From: Bacteroidales bacterium
GTDB lineage: Bacteria; Bacteroidota; Bacteroidia; Bacteroidales; UBA932
Assembly: GCA_017430365.1 (NCBI GenBank)
Contig: JAFRNC010000009.1
Span: forward strand, 161,804 to 225,803
Length of the DNA stretch: 64,000 bases
Reading direction: 5' to 3'
A model generated the notes under the pieces. That model worked only from the letters and a program-made list of their open reading frames with translations, searched no databases and was not told the DNA's origin. Position numbers and translations under genes: made by a program. This document shows, piece after piece, positions 25,545 through 34,439 of the stretch. Position 1 is the stretch's first letter. Each line of letters opens with the position of its first letter.

Positions 25545-26005
25545 AGGTAAAGGCCGTATGAGTGCTTGATTTCGTTCATGACGAAGGAAGACTGGATGCT
25601 TCCTATGGTGTCGAGCGTGCCCAGGGTGTTGATGATGAAGTCGTTGTACTGCTTCATGCTGCGGGCCCGTATCTTGAGGAGATAGTCGTATTCGCCGGAG
25701 ATGTTGTAGCACTCCGCCACCTGCGGAATCTGACGTATCATCCTTGTGAAGTCGCGGGCCACGTCGCGCGACATCTGTTTCAGTTTTACGGAGCAGTAAA
25801 CTTCGAATCCGAGGTCGAGTTTCTCGGCATCGAGGATGGCGACATATTGCCGGATATAACCTTCGCGTTCCAGCCGTTTGAGACGCTCGAAGACAGGTGT
25901 GGTGGAGAGGTTGACCTTTGCCGCCAGCTCCTTCGTAGTCTGCCTGGCGTCTTCCTGGAGGCAGCGGAGAATTTGCAGGTCTATACTGTCGAGGGAGGTT
26001 GCCAT
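25541..26005 (-). CDS. Lrp/AsnC-family transcriptional regulator
   Basis: The ATG at 26005 gives MATSLDSIDLQILRCLQEDARQTTKELAAKVNLSTTPVFERLKRLEREGYI. Length 154 aa. Confidence 0.85.
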   Translation of the reverse strand: MATSLDSIDLQILRCLQEDARQTTKELAAKVNLSTTPVFERLKRLEREGYIRQYVAILDAEKLDLGFEVYCSVKLKQMSRDVARDFTRMIRQIPQVAECYNISGEYDYLLKIRARSMKQYNDFIINTLGTLDTIGSIQSSFVMNEIKHSYGLYL

Positions 26006-26130
26006 GAAGAAAAATAATCTAAATCTTATTTTGATTTCAGAAAATACAACTAAAAGTATCGTTTTCAACGGCAAATTTAGGTATATTTTCCGAATTATCG
26101 TAGACTATTGCCTGCTTCTTTCCATCCTCC

Positions 26131-26138
26131 TATCTTTG
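26131..26138 (+). promoter_or_regulatory. -7 promoter box (TATCTTTG) for the metY operon
   Basis: Matches TAnnTTTG, 21 nt upstream of the ATG at 26159. Confidence 0.45.
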
Positions 26139-26158
26139 CAGGGTAAATGATAGAGACA

Positions 26159-27448
26159 ATGAGCAAGCAAGGCATCGGCACGCGCTGCGTGCACGCGGGC
26201 TACAAGCCCGGTAAAGGAGAACCCCGGCAGATTCCGGTCATCCAGAGCACGACATTCAAATACGAGACATCCGACCAGATGGGCCGGCTTTTCGATCTCG
26301 AGGAGAGCGGCTATTTCTATACCCGTCTTCAGAATCCCACGAACGACCATGTGGCCGCGAAGATAGCGGAACTGGAAGGGGGTGTGGGTGCGATGCTGAC
26401 CTCTTCGGGCCAGGCTGCTAACCTCTTCGCCTGCCTTAACATATGCCAGGCCGGCGACCATATCGTGAGTGCCGGAAATATATATGGCGGCACTTTCAAT
26501 CTGTTGGGCGTAACGCTGGAAAAGATGGGCATCGCCGTCACTTTCGTCGATCCTGAAGACCCGGAGGAAAAGATTGCGGCTGCTTTCAGGCCGAACACGA
26601 AACTGCTCTTTGGGGAAACCCTGTCCAATCCGGGTGTCGAAGTGCTGGATATAGAGAAATTCGCTCGGCTGGCACATTCGCACGGCGTGCCTTTGATTGT
26701 CGACAATACATTCCCCACGCCGGTGAACTGCCGTCCGTTCGAATGGGGCGCTGATATCGTGACGCATTCCACTACCAAGTATATGGACGGACATGGCGTC
26801 GCGGTAGGCGGAGCGCTTGTCGACAGCGGCAATTTCGACTGGGAGGCGCATGCCGACAAGTTCCCCGGCCTTTGCACGCCGGATGCATCCTATCACGGAC
26901 TCGTCTATACAAAAGCCTTCGGCCGTGCTGCATTTATCACCAAGGCGACTACCCATCTGATGCGCGACCTGGGCTCGATACAGAGCCCGCAGAACGCGTT
27001 CTACTTGAACCTGGGCCTGCAGACACTGCATCTGAGAATGGCCCGGCACTGCCAGAGCGCCCTTGAAGCAGCGCGGTTCCTGCAGCGTCATCCCGATGTG
27101 GCGTGGGTGAAATATCCCGGCCTGCCGGGAGACAGCCAGCATGTGAAAGCGTTGAAATACCTTCCCGAAGGATCTTCCGGCGTGATGTGCATAGGTCTCA
27201 AGGGCGGCCGCGAATTCGACAACCGTTTCATGGATGCGCTGAGGCTCATCACTATAGAGACACATGTGGCCGACTGCCATAGCTGCATACTGCATCCTGC
27301 GTCTCATACGCACCGGCAGCTCAGCGACGAGCAGCTGCGCGCCGCAGGCATAGATCCCGGCCTGATGCGCCTCAGCATCGGCCTTGAAGATGCCGTAGAC
27401 ATAATCGCGGATTTGGAACAGGCTCTGGAAGCGGCGCACAGGGGATGA
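26159..27448 (+). CDS. metY: O-acetylhomoserine sulfhydrylase (PLP-dependent)
   Basis: MSKQGIGTRCVHAGY...; PLP-lysine motif HSTTKYMDGHG. An alternative ATG at 26147 would be nearly leaderless. Confidence 0.85.
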   Translation: MSKQGIGTRCVHAGYKPGKGEPRQIPVIQSTTFKYETSDQMGRLFDLEESGYFYTRLQNPTNDHVAAKIAELEGGVGAMLTSSGQAANLFACLNICQAGDHIVSAGNIYGGTFNLLGVTLEKMGIAVTFVDPEDPEEKIAAAFRPNTKLLFGETLSNPGVEVLDIEKFARLAHSHGVPLIVDNTFPTPVNCRPFEWGADIVTHSTTKYMDGHGVAVGGALVDSGNFDWEAHADKFPGLCTPDASYHGLVYTKAFGRAAFITKATTHLMRDLGSIQSPQNAFYLNLGLQTLHLRMARHCQSALEAARFLQRHPDVAWVKYPGLPGDSQHVKALKYLPEGSSGVMCIGLKGGREFDNRFMDALRLITIETHVADCHSCILHPASHTHRQLSDEQLRAAGIDPGLMRLSIGLEDAVDIIADLEQALEAAHRG

Positions 27449-28446
27449 TAAGGCACGAACTTGTCCTGGATGATTTTTCCTTCGAGGCAGGCGGCCGTCT
27501 CGAGCATGTAAAGATAGTATATCACACCTCCCGAATCCCTCGGGGGCGGGTGATCTGGATTTGTCATGCACTGACTGCCAACAGCGATCCCGAAGACTGG
27601 TGGCCGGAGATGGTGGGACCCGGCAGATTCTTCGACCCGGAGAGGGATTTCATCGTCTGCGTGAACATGATCGCATCGCCATATGGATCATCCGGCCCGG
27701 CTTCCGTCAATCCTGAGACAGGTATTCCTTTCTTCTTCGATTTTCCTGCTGTTACGGTACGCGACATGGTCACTGCGATGGCCGCGGTAAGACGTCATCT
27801 GGGTATAGGAAAGATCGATTTGCTGGTAGGAAGTTCCATCGGCGGTTTCCAGGCGGTGGAATGGGCGGTGACGGAACCTGATTTGTTTGAGAAGGCGGTA
27901 TTCATCGCCACGTCCCCCCGCGTGTCGCCATATCTGTCGGCGGGCATCGAGACTCAGCGTATGGCACTCGAGGCCGACCAGACGTTCCGGAAGGCGTCTG
28001 ATCTTTCCGGCGGAGCCGCAGGGCTGCGCTGCGCCCGCGCCCAGGCATTGATATCCTACCGTTGTTTCGAAGGATACGGGCTTACGCAGGCCGAGGCCGG
28101 CGACGATACGCTTTTTGCGACGCGGGCCGCCTCGTACGAACGCTATCAGGGAGAGAAACTGGTGCGCAGGGGATTCGATGCGTATTCATATTATTATCTT
28201 TGCAACGCCGTGGACAGCCACAACGTCGGCCGCGGCCGCGGCGGCGTCGCCGCAGCACTCGGCCGCATCCGGGCGAAGACCGTCGTCGCTTCGATCGACA
28301 CCGACTGCATTTTCCCGCCGCAGGAGATTGAAACCTGGGCTCCGTTCATCCCCGGAGCCGTTTATAAACGTTTAACATCTTCTTTTGGACATGACGGTTT
28401 CCTGCTTGAGACCGGACAATTGACTGAATTATTATGCAAGTTCTGA
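27445..28446 (+). CDS. metX: Homoserine O-acetyltransferase
   Basis: 333 aa. Motifs ICHALTANSD and GSSIGGFQAVEW (G-x-S-x-G). ATGA overlap with metY. Confidence 0.85.
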   Translation: MIRHELVLDDFSFEAGGRLEHVKIVYHTSRIPRGRVIWICHALTANSDPEDWWPEMVGPGRFFDPERDFIVCVNMIASPYGSSGPASVNPETGIPFFFDFPAVTVRDMVTAMAAVRRHLGIGKIDLLVGSSIGGFQAVEWAVTEPDLFEKAVFIATSPRVSPYLSAGIETQRMALEADQTFRKASDLSGGAAGLRCARAQALISYRCFEGYGLTQAEAGDDTLFATRAASYERYQGEKLVRRGFDAYSYYYLCNAVDSHNVGRGRGGVAAALGRIRAKTVVASIDTDCIFPPQEIETWAPFIPGAVYKRLTSSFGHDGFLLETGQLTELLCKF

Positions 28447-30800
28447 AATTCGGCGGCACTTCGGTCGCCCGCCCCGAAAAGATTATCGATATCGTCCGTA
28501 CGTCGCTGGAACGCGACCGGACAATCCTTGTATGCTCGGCCATCAGCGGCTGCACCGATACCCTGATACGGCTGGGCCGTCTTGCCGCCGCCCGCGACGA
28601 ATCATATCTGTCGGAGCTGGACGCCCTTTATCAGCGGCACCGTCGAATGATAGAGGACCTCTTGACGGCCGACAGGGTGCCTGCCGTTACCGAGACGGTC
28701 GACGGACTGTTTGACTCGCTGCGGGGTATCCTCCACGGCGTGTTCCTGCTGGGTGAACTCAGCCCGACCAGCCTGGATGCCGTCCAGGGCTACGGCGAAC
28801 TGTTTTCGACCAGGATCCTCGCCGACAAGTTCATCTCGCTCGGGATACCTTGCCGCTGGCTGGATTCCCGCCAGATCATACGCACGTCCGGCGGGGTGGT
28901 GGATACGGTTAAAACCTATGCCAACGTTTCGGCCGCCATCGATGCTTTCCCCCATACTTCGCTGTTCATCGTTCCAGGATTCATAGCTTCCGACGAGCAG
29001 GGCCGTGTCACGACCCTTGGGCGGGGAGGCTCCGACTACACCGCTTCGCTTTACGCCGTCGGGGTAAACGCACGCCTCGTGGAGATTTGGACCGATGTGC
29101 CGGGCATTATGACATCGAATCCGAAAACCGTTCCGACCGCCCGGACCATACGCAACATTTCATACAGGGCGGCACAGGAACTCTCTCATTTCGGAGCCAA
29201 GGTTATCTTCCCGCCGACCATCCAGCCCGTCGTAAATGAAGGGATTCCGATTTATGTGAAAGATACTTTCAAGCCCGACGATCCCGGGACCCTGGTGGAG
29301 AAGAATCCGCCCCGTCGCGAAGAGGCTCTGCTGGGCATCGCCAATTCCGACAAGATCGCCCTCATATCGCTGGAAGGAAGCGGTATGGTAGGCATTCCCG
29401 GCTTTTCTTCGAGGCTGTTCGATGCGCTCACCCGCGCCGGTATCAACATCATACTCATCACCCAGGCATCTTCCGTCCATACGATGTGCATCGCCATAGC
29501 CGAGGCGGATGCGCCGGCGGCGAAGAAGGCGGCGGACACTTGTTTCGCATACGAAATCTCCCTGGGCAAACTTCAACCGCTCAAGGTGGAGAAAGGCTAT
29601 TCGATCGTATGCCTGGTGGGTGACGATATCCTGGGACACAGCGGCGCGACCGGCCGTATGCTTGCGGCGCTGGGCGCCCGCGGCATTCCGGTCCGCGCCA
29701 CGGCGCAGGGCTCTTCCGAGAGGAACATTTCGGTTATCGTAGCTTCCGACAAGGCAGACGAGGCCATACGGGCAATCCATGGAGAATTCTTTGACCGTTC
29801 GCCGCTGGAGACGGTGAACCTGTTCATAGCGGGCTACGGGAATGTCGGCAAGGCGCTGGTGAAAATGATCCTGGAAAACAGGGAGGCCATCGCGCGCCGT
29901 ACAGGCAAGGATCTGCGCATATGCGGTCTGGCCAACAGCCGCCGCTATCTGCTGGATACCGCCGGAGTGGATCCTTTCGCACTTGCAGAAGGAACCGCCG
30001 GTTCCTTCTTCGACGCGCTTGCCGACCTTTCCTTGTCCGGTTCAGTGTTCGTCGACTGTACGGCCAGCGAAGAAGCAGGACTGAGATATACACAGTTGAT
30101 GAAGGCCGGTTACGGCATTGTGGCCTGCAACAAGATCCCGTTCGCCGGCAGTTCGGCGCGCTATGAGGCGCTTACCAGGACAGCGGCCCGAGAGCATGTG
30201 GGCCTGCGATATGAGACGACAGTCGGTGCCGCGCTGCCGATTCTCTCTACACTTGAGCGGGCGGCGGTTTCCGGTGACACTGTAGTGTCGGTCGAGGCCG
30301 TGCTTTCGGGGACGCTGAACTATCTGTGTGACAAATATGAGGGCCATGACTTTGATGCATTGGTTGAAGATGCCCGTCAGAAAGGCTACACTGAGCCGGA
30401 CCCTTCGATCGACCTGAGCGGCCGCGACGTTCTTAGGAAGACGCTTATCCTTTCCCGCGTCGCCGGCGCGCCGCTGGAAGAAAGCGATGTCCGTCTTGAA
30501 CCCTTCCCCGAAGAGTCGGCCCTGGCTGCGGCTTATGCCCAAGCCACTGATGCCGGACGGCGCCTGCGCTATGTCGCATCTCTCCGTCGCGAAGTCCCGG
30601 CTGACGGGACCGCCCGGTGGTCCGCCACCGTCGGTCTTCAGGCCGTCGGTCCCGACAGTCCGCTCTATTCGCTTCCTGGCACCGACAATTGCGCAGTCAT
30701 AACTACGGCCGACTATCCGTCGCCGCAGGTGATCCGCGGCGCCGGCGCAGGCCCCCGCCAGACCGCCGCCGGAGTACTCCTCGACATACTGTCACTCTGA
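28434..30800 (+). CDS. thrA: Bifunctional aspartate kinase / homoserine dehydrogenase
   Basis: 788 aa. MQVLKFGGTSV aspartokinase start, ACT region, C-terminal homoserine dehydrogenase. Overlaps metX by 13 nt. Confidence 0.9.
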   Translation: MQVLKFGGTSVARPEKIIDIVRTSLERDRTILVCSAISGCTDTLIRLGRLAAARDESYLSELDALYQRHRRMIEDLLTADRVPAVTETVDGLFDSLRGILHGVFLLGELSPTSLDAVQGYGELFSTRILADKFISLGIPCRWLDSRQIIRTSGGVVDTVKTYANVSAAIDAFPHTSLFIVPGFIASDEQGRVTTLGRGGSDYTASLYAVGVNARLVEIWTDVPGIMTSNPKTVPTARTIRNISYRAAQELSHFGAKVIFPPTIQPVVNEGIPIYVKDTFKPDDPGTLVEKNPPRREEALLGIANSDKIALISLEGSGMVGIPGFSSRLFDALTRAGINIILITQASSVHTMCIAIAEADAPAAKKAADTCFAYEISLGKLQPLKVEKGYSIVCLVGDDILGHSGATGRMLAALGARGIPVRATAQGSSERNISVIVASDKADEAIRAIHGEFFDRSPLETVNLFIAGYGNVGKALVKMILENREAIARRTGKDLRICGLANSRRYLLDTAGVDPFALAEGTAGSFFDALADLSLSGSVFVDCTASEEAGLRYTQLMKAGYGIVACNKIPFAGSSARYEALTRTAAREHVGLRYETTVGAALPILSTLERAAVSGDTVVSVEAVLSGTLNYLCDKYEGHDFDALVEDARQKGYTEPDPSIDLSGRDVLRKTLILSRVAGAPLEESDVRLEPFPEESALAAAYAQATDAGRRLRYVASLRREVPADGTARWSATVGLQAVGPDSPLYSLPGTDNCAVITTADYPSPQVIRGAGAGPRQTAAGVLLDILSL

Positions 30801-30880
30801 CCTGGCCAAATCCGGCCGAAACTGGTCTGATTAAAACTGAACCAAGATTATTTGAACCAACCATACCAAACCAAACCTTG

Positions 30881-30991
30881 CGCTGCAATGTACGCATCAG
30901 TCTGTCAATCGTTTACGCAACCTGATCCCCTCCCGGCGGAGGGGGATCAGGTTGAGCAAGCCGTTGATTCTCAATTGTGTCCGTTGCAGCG
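30881..30991. repeat. 111-nt nested palindromic intergenic element, copy C (variant hairpin)
   Basis: Runs CGCTGCAATGTACGCA ... CTGATCCCCTCC-CGGC-GGAGGGGGATCAG ... TGTGTCCGTTGCAGCG. It sits between the co-directional genes thrA and asd. Confidence 0.9.
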
Positions 30992-31003
30992 AAAAACAGA
31001 CAT

Positions 31004-32002
31004 ATGAAAGTAGCAGTAGTGGGCGCCACCGGACTTGTGGGCACCCGGATGATACAAGTCCTCGAAGAGAGGCATTTTCCAGTCGATGAACTCATACCCG
31101 TCGCTTCGGAACGGTCGGTCGGCAAGACCGTCGTATTCCGCGGCGAACCCGTCACCGTCGTCGGGGTCGACGAGGCGATATCCCGCCGGCCGGCATTGGC
31201 AATCTTTTCCGTCGGGGCGGCCGCCTCGCGGGAACTGGCGCCCCGTTTCGCAGCCGCGGGCTGCCGTGTTGTCGACAACTCCTCATGCTGGCGCATGGAT
31301 CCGGACAAAAAACTGGTCGTGCCCGAAATCAACGCCGAAGTCCTGACGGCCGATGACTGGATCATAGCCAATCCAAACTGCTCCACGATCCAGATGCTGC
31401 TGCCCCTGGCACCCCTCCATAAACTTTTCACGGTAAAACGTGTAGTCGTCTCCACTTACCAGAGCATCACCGGTACCGGGCAGAAAGCGGTTGTCCAGAT
31501 GGCCGCCGAGCGGGAGGGGAAGGAATGGGGAACCTATCCCGCGGTCTATCCCTATCCTATCGACGGCAATATACTTCCGCACATCGACAGTTTCCTCGAT
31601 AACGGTTACACGAAGGAGGAGATGAAGATGGTGAACGAGACCCATAAAATCCTGGATCCATCCATCGCAGTCAGTGCCACGACGGTGCGCGTTCCCGTCC
31701 GCGGCGGCCATAGCGAATCGATCAATCTCGAATTCGAAAAGCCTTTCGAACTCGACTGGATACGGGAAATACTCGCCGCAACTCCCGGCGTCGTCGTGCA
31801 GGATGATCCCGCCAGAAACATTTACCCTATGCCGCTCTACGCCGAAGGCCGCGACGAGGTCTTCGTCGGCCGCATCCGCCGCGACTTCTCTCTTCCAAAC
31901 GGACTGAATTTCTGGTGTGTGGCCGACAATCTGCGCAAAGGCGCCGCAACCAACGCCGTACAGATAGCCGAAGAACTGCTCCGCCGGGGCTTTATCGGCT
32001 GA
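31004..32002 (+). CDS. asd: Aspartate-semialdehyde dehydrogenase
   Basis: MKVAVVGATGLVG Rossmann start and active-site motif ANPNCSTIQM. The track start at 30977 lies inside repeat C. Confidence 0.9.
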   Translation: MKVAVVGATGLVGTRMIQVLEERHFPVDELIPVASERSVGKTVVFRGEPVTVVGVDEAISRRPALAIFSVGAAASRELAPRFAAAGCRVVDNSSCWRMDPDKKLVVPEINAEVLTADDWIIANPNCSTIQMLLPLAPLHKLFTVKRVVVSTYQSITGTGQKAVVQMAAEREGKEWGTYPAVYPYPIDGNILPHIDSFLDNGYTKEEMKMVNETHKILDPSIAVSATTVRVPVRGGHSESINLEFEKPFELDWIREILAATPGVVVQDDPARNIYPMPLYAEGRDEVFVGRIRRDFSLPNGLNFWCVADNLRKGAATNAVQIAEELLRRGFIG

Positions 32003-32038
32003 TCGCTCCCGGCGGTACGGCAATGCCTTGACCCCGCA

Positions 32039-34375
32039 TTACCTGCAGCGGAATTTCGTGATCTGTCCGTCCTGCCAGGCCAGGTCTACAGTTTTGCCCG
32101 TCCGAGTACGCAGTCCCTTGACCGAGCCCGAAGGCCATGCTTTCGGGAGCGCGGGGAGGGGTGTGACTGAAATGGGGGTGGAGCGGACCAGCATCTCCGC
32201 AATTCCGGCGGTTCCTCCGAAATTGCCGTCGATCTGGAAAGGTGAATGGGCATCCAGAAGATTGGGATAAGTTCCGCCTCCGCGCCGGGCGTCCGGGCCC
32301 GTATAGCCGTCAGGGCTGACATAGCGGAGCAGGCGGCGGTACATCTTGTAGGCGCTTTCCGCATCGCCCAGCCGGGCGTAGAGATTGACACGCCAGCCGC
32401 AGCTCCAGCCGGTAGTTTCGAAACCTTTTATCTCCAGGGATTTCAACGCTGCCTTCTCCAGGTCCGGGTCTCCCTCTACGGAATGCCCGGGATAGACACC
32501 GAACAGATGGGACTGGTGGCGGTGCCTGGGATCTTCATCGGCCCAGTCGTAATACCATTCCTGCAGATGTCCGTCCGCGCCGATATGATAGGGCCTCAGG
32601 CGTGAAATGGCCTCGCGGGCCTCTTCCGCGAATGAACGGTCCCCCAGGAGGTCTGCCGCTGCGGCAGCGTCGGACAGGCATTCGCGTATCATGGCCAGAT
32701 CGGCGGTCCCTCCGTAGAGCGTAGCTCCGTGGAAACCCTTGTCAGTAATGTAACGGTTTTCCGGGGAGGTAGCCGGCGAGGTGATCAGTTCCCCGTCCTT
32801 TTCCACAAGCCATCCCAGGCAGAACCGGGCCGCGCCTTTGAGCGCTGCATAATCTTCTTTCAGCCGCGCCTTGTCGCGGGTGAACAGGTAATGCTCCCAT
32901 ATATGGGTTGACAGCCAGACGCCGCCGAGCGGCCAGTTGGCCCATGAGGGATCTCCGGTCCCCAGTCCTACGGGCGAGGTCATCGCCCAAATGTCGGAAT
33001 TGTGACCGAGGGCCCAGCCGCTGTCCACGCCGCAATAGTTAGAAGCCGTCGCCCGTCCCCCCTGCGAGAGATTGTGAATGAAATCCAGCATGACTTCGTG
33101 CATCTCAGGCAGGGCCGTCACTTCTGCGGGCCAGTAGTTTTCTTCCAGATTGATGTTTACGGTGTAGTTGCAGCTCCACGGCGGGTCCATGCGTTCGTTC
33201 CACAGTCCCTGGAGATTGGCAGGGACGCCTTCGGTCCGTGACGAGCTGATCAGCAGGTACCGGCCATACTGGAAATAGAGGGCCTCCAGCTCAGGATTCG
33301 CCTCTCCCATGTCAGCATAGCGCTTCAGCTGGACGTCTGTCGGCAGGGCCTTCACTTCAGGGTCTGTGTCGCCGAGGTCGATCGAAACCCGGTCGAAGTA
33401 ATGCCGGTAGTCTGCGATATGTGCCTTAAGCAGTTTGTGATACAATTTCGCTGAAGCGGAGGCTGCCTGGGCCTCGGCAAGTTCCTTGTACGGCCTGCCT
33501 TCCCTGACCGGATCCTTGTCGAATCCGTTGAAGGAGGTGGCGTTCACAATCCTGATTACACTCTCCGTAGCCCCGCTGACTGTCAGACTCCCTTCTGATG
33601 CAGTCACCTTCCCGTCAGTCTCAACCGAAGCTATCGTCCGGAAGTGGATTCCGCGCTGCGGATCATAGACACGCTGCTCCCCGTTTGCTGCGTAATAGCC
33701 GGGATAAGCGTGCCAGGCGGTATAACCGTCCACGACTATCCGCCCGTCCGCAGTGGAGACGGTGTGGGGATGCGGAATTTCCAGACGGAGAGTAGCGTCT
33801 TCCGGCGATTCGCTCAACATGCGGACAACAATGGCGGATTCGGGTGCCGAGACGAAATACTCTTCACGGAAGCGGCGTCCGTCCATCAGATACTCCACCA
33901 TGGCCGTGGCGTTGCTGATGTCCAGTTCGCGCCTGTATTCTGTCACGGCTCCTTCGGGATGCCCTATCCACATGGTGCCGAGCGGCTGGTAGCTTTCGCT
34001 GAAATGCCCCTGGAGATGCTTCTGAAGTTGTTCCGCCAGCGGATAATCTTCAGCATCAAGCGCTTCTCGGATTTGCGGGATATATGATGCGGCTTCGCCC
34101 CAGGGTGTCACGTCAGGACATTGGAGCATGTCGACATGCTCCGCCCCGCGGTCCGGTTCTCCGGTCCAGAGGGTTATGTCATTGAGGGATATGCGTTCTT
34201 CAACCGTTCCGCCATATACCATGGCACCGAGCCGTCCGTTTCCGAGAGGCAGCGCCTCCTCGAAGAACGATGCGGGAGCGTCGTAATGCAGTGTCATATG
34301 CGGGGTATCGGGCGTGCAGCCGGCCAGACCGGGAATCATGGCGGATAGCAGAATTAGTACGGACAAACGTTTCAT
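32039..34375 (-). CDS. Glycoside hydrolase family 95 (alpha-L-fucosidase-like) lipoprotein
   Basis: 778 aa. Lipobox GLAGC. GH95 N-terminal signature LHYDAPASFFEEALPLGNGRLGAMVYGG...LNDITLWTGEP. Confidence 0.85.
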   Translation of the reverse strand: MKRLSVLILLSAMIPGLAGCTPDTPHMTLHYDAPASFFEEALPLGNGRLGAMVYGGTVEERISLNDITLWTGEPDRGAEHVDMLQCPDVTPWGEAASYIPQIREALDAEDYPLAEQLQKHLQGHFSESYQPLGTMWIGHPEGAVTEYRRELDISNATAMVEYLMDGRRFREEYFVSAPESAIVVRMLSESPEDATLRLEIPHPHTVSTADGRIVVDGYTAWHAYPGYYAANGEQRVYDPQRGIHFRTIASVETDGKVTASEGSLTVSGATESVIRIVNATSFNGFDKDPVREGRPYKELAEAQAASASAKLYHKLLKAHIADYRHYFDRVSIDLGDTDPEVKALPTDVQLKRYADMGEANPELEALYFQYGRYLLISSSRTEGVPANLQGLWNERMDPPWSCNYTVNINLEENYWPAEVTALPEMHEVMLDFIHNLSQGGRATASNYCGVDSGWALGHNSDIWAMTSPVGLGTGDPSWANWPLGGVWLSTHIWEHYLFTRDKARLKEDYAALKGAARFCLGWLVEKDGELITSPATSPENRYITDKGFHGATLYGGTADLAMIRECLSDAAAAADLLGDRSFAEEAREAISRLRPYHIGADGHLQEWYYDWADEDPRHRHQSHLFGVYPGHSVEGDPDLEKAALKSLEIKGFETTGWSCGWRVNLYARLGDAESAYKMYRRLLRYVSPDGYTGPDARRGGGTYPNLLDAHSPFQIDGNFGGTAGIAEMLVRSTPISVTPLPALPKAWPSGSVKGLRTRTGKTVDLAWQDGQITKFRCR

Positions 34376-34413
34376 ACCGTAAAGTTACGACATTTCTTCC
34401 TAAGAAAAGTTCC

Positions 34414-34421
34414 TATATTTG
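34414..34421 (+). promoter_or_regulatory. -7 promoter box (TATATTTG) for the MATE operon
   Basis: Matches TAnnTTTG, 19 nt upstream of the ATG at 34440. Confidence 0.45.
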
Positions 34422-34439
34422 CAGACTTAAGGCCTGTCT

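Noticed and set aside
26006-26146. SAM riboswitch or other leader upstream of metY
   Set aside because: The 140-bp AT-rich divergent region has no SAM-I or SAM-II conserved blocks. It is more simply explained as two promoters plus Lrp operator sites.
26105-27571. 488-aa ORF on the - strand
   Set aside because: It is antisense to metY, which carries the PLP motif HSTTKYMDGHG on the + strand.
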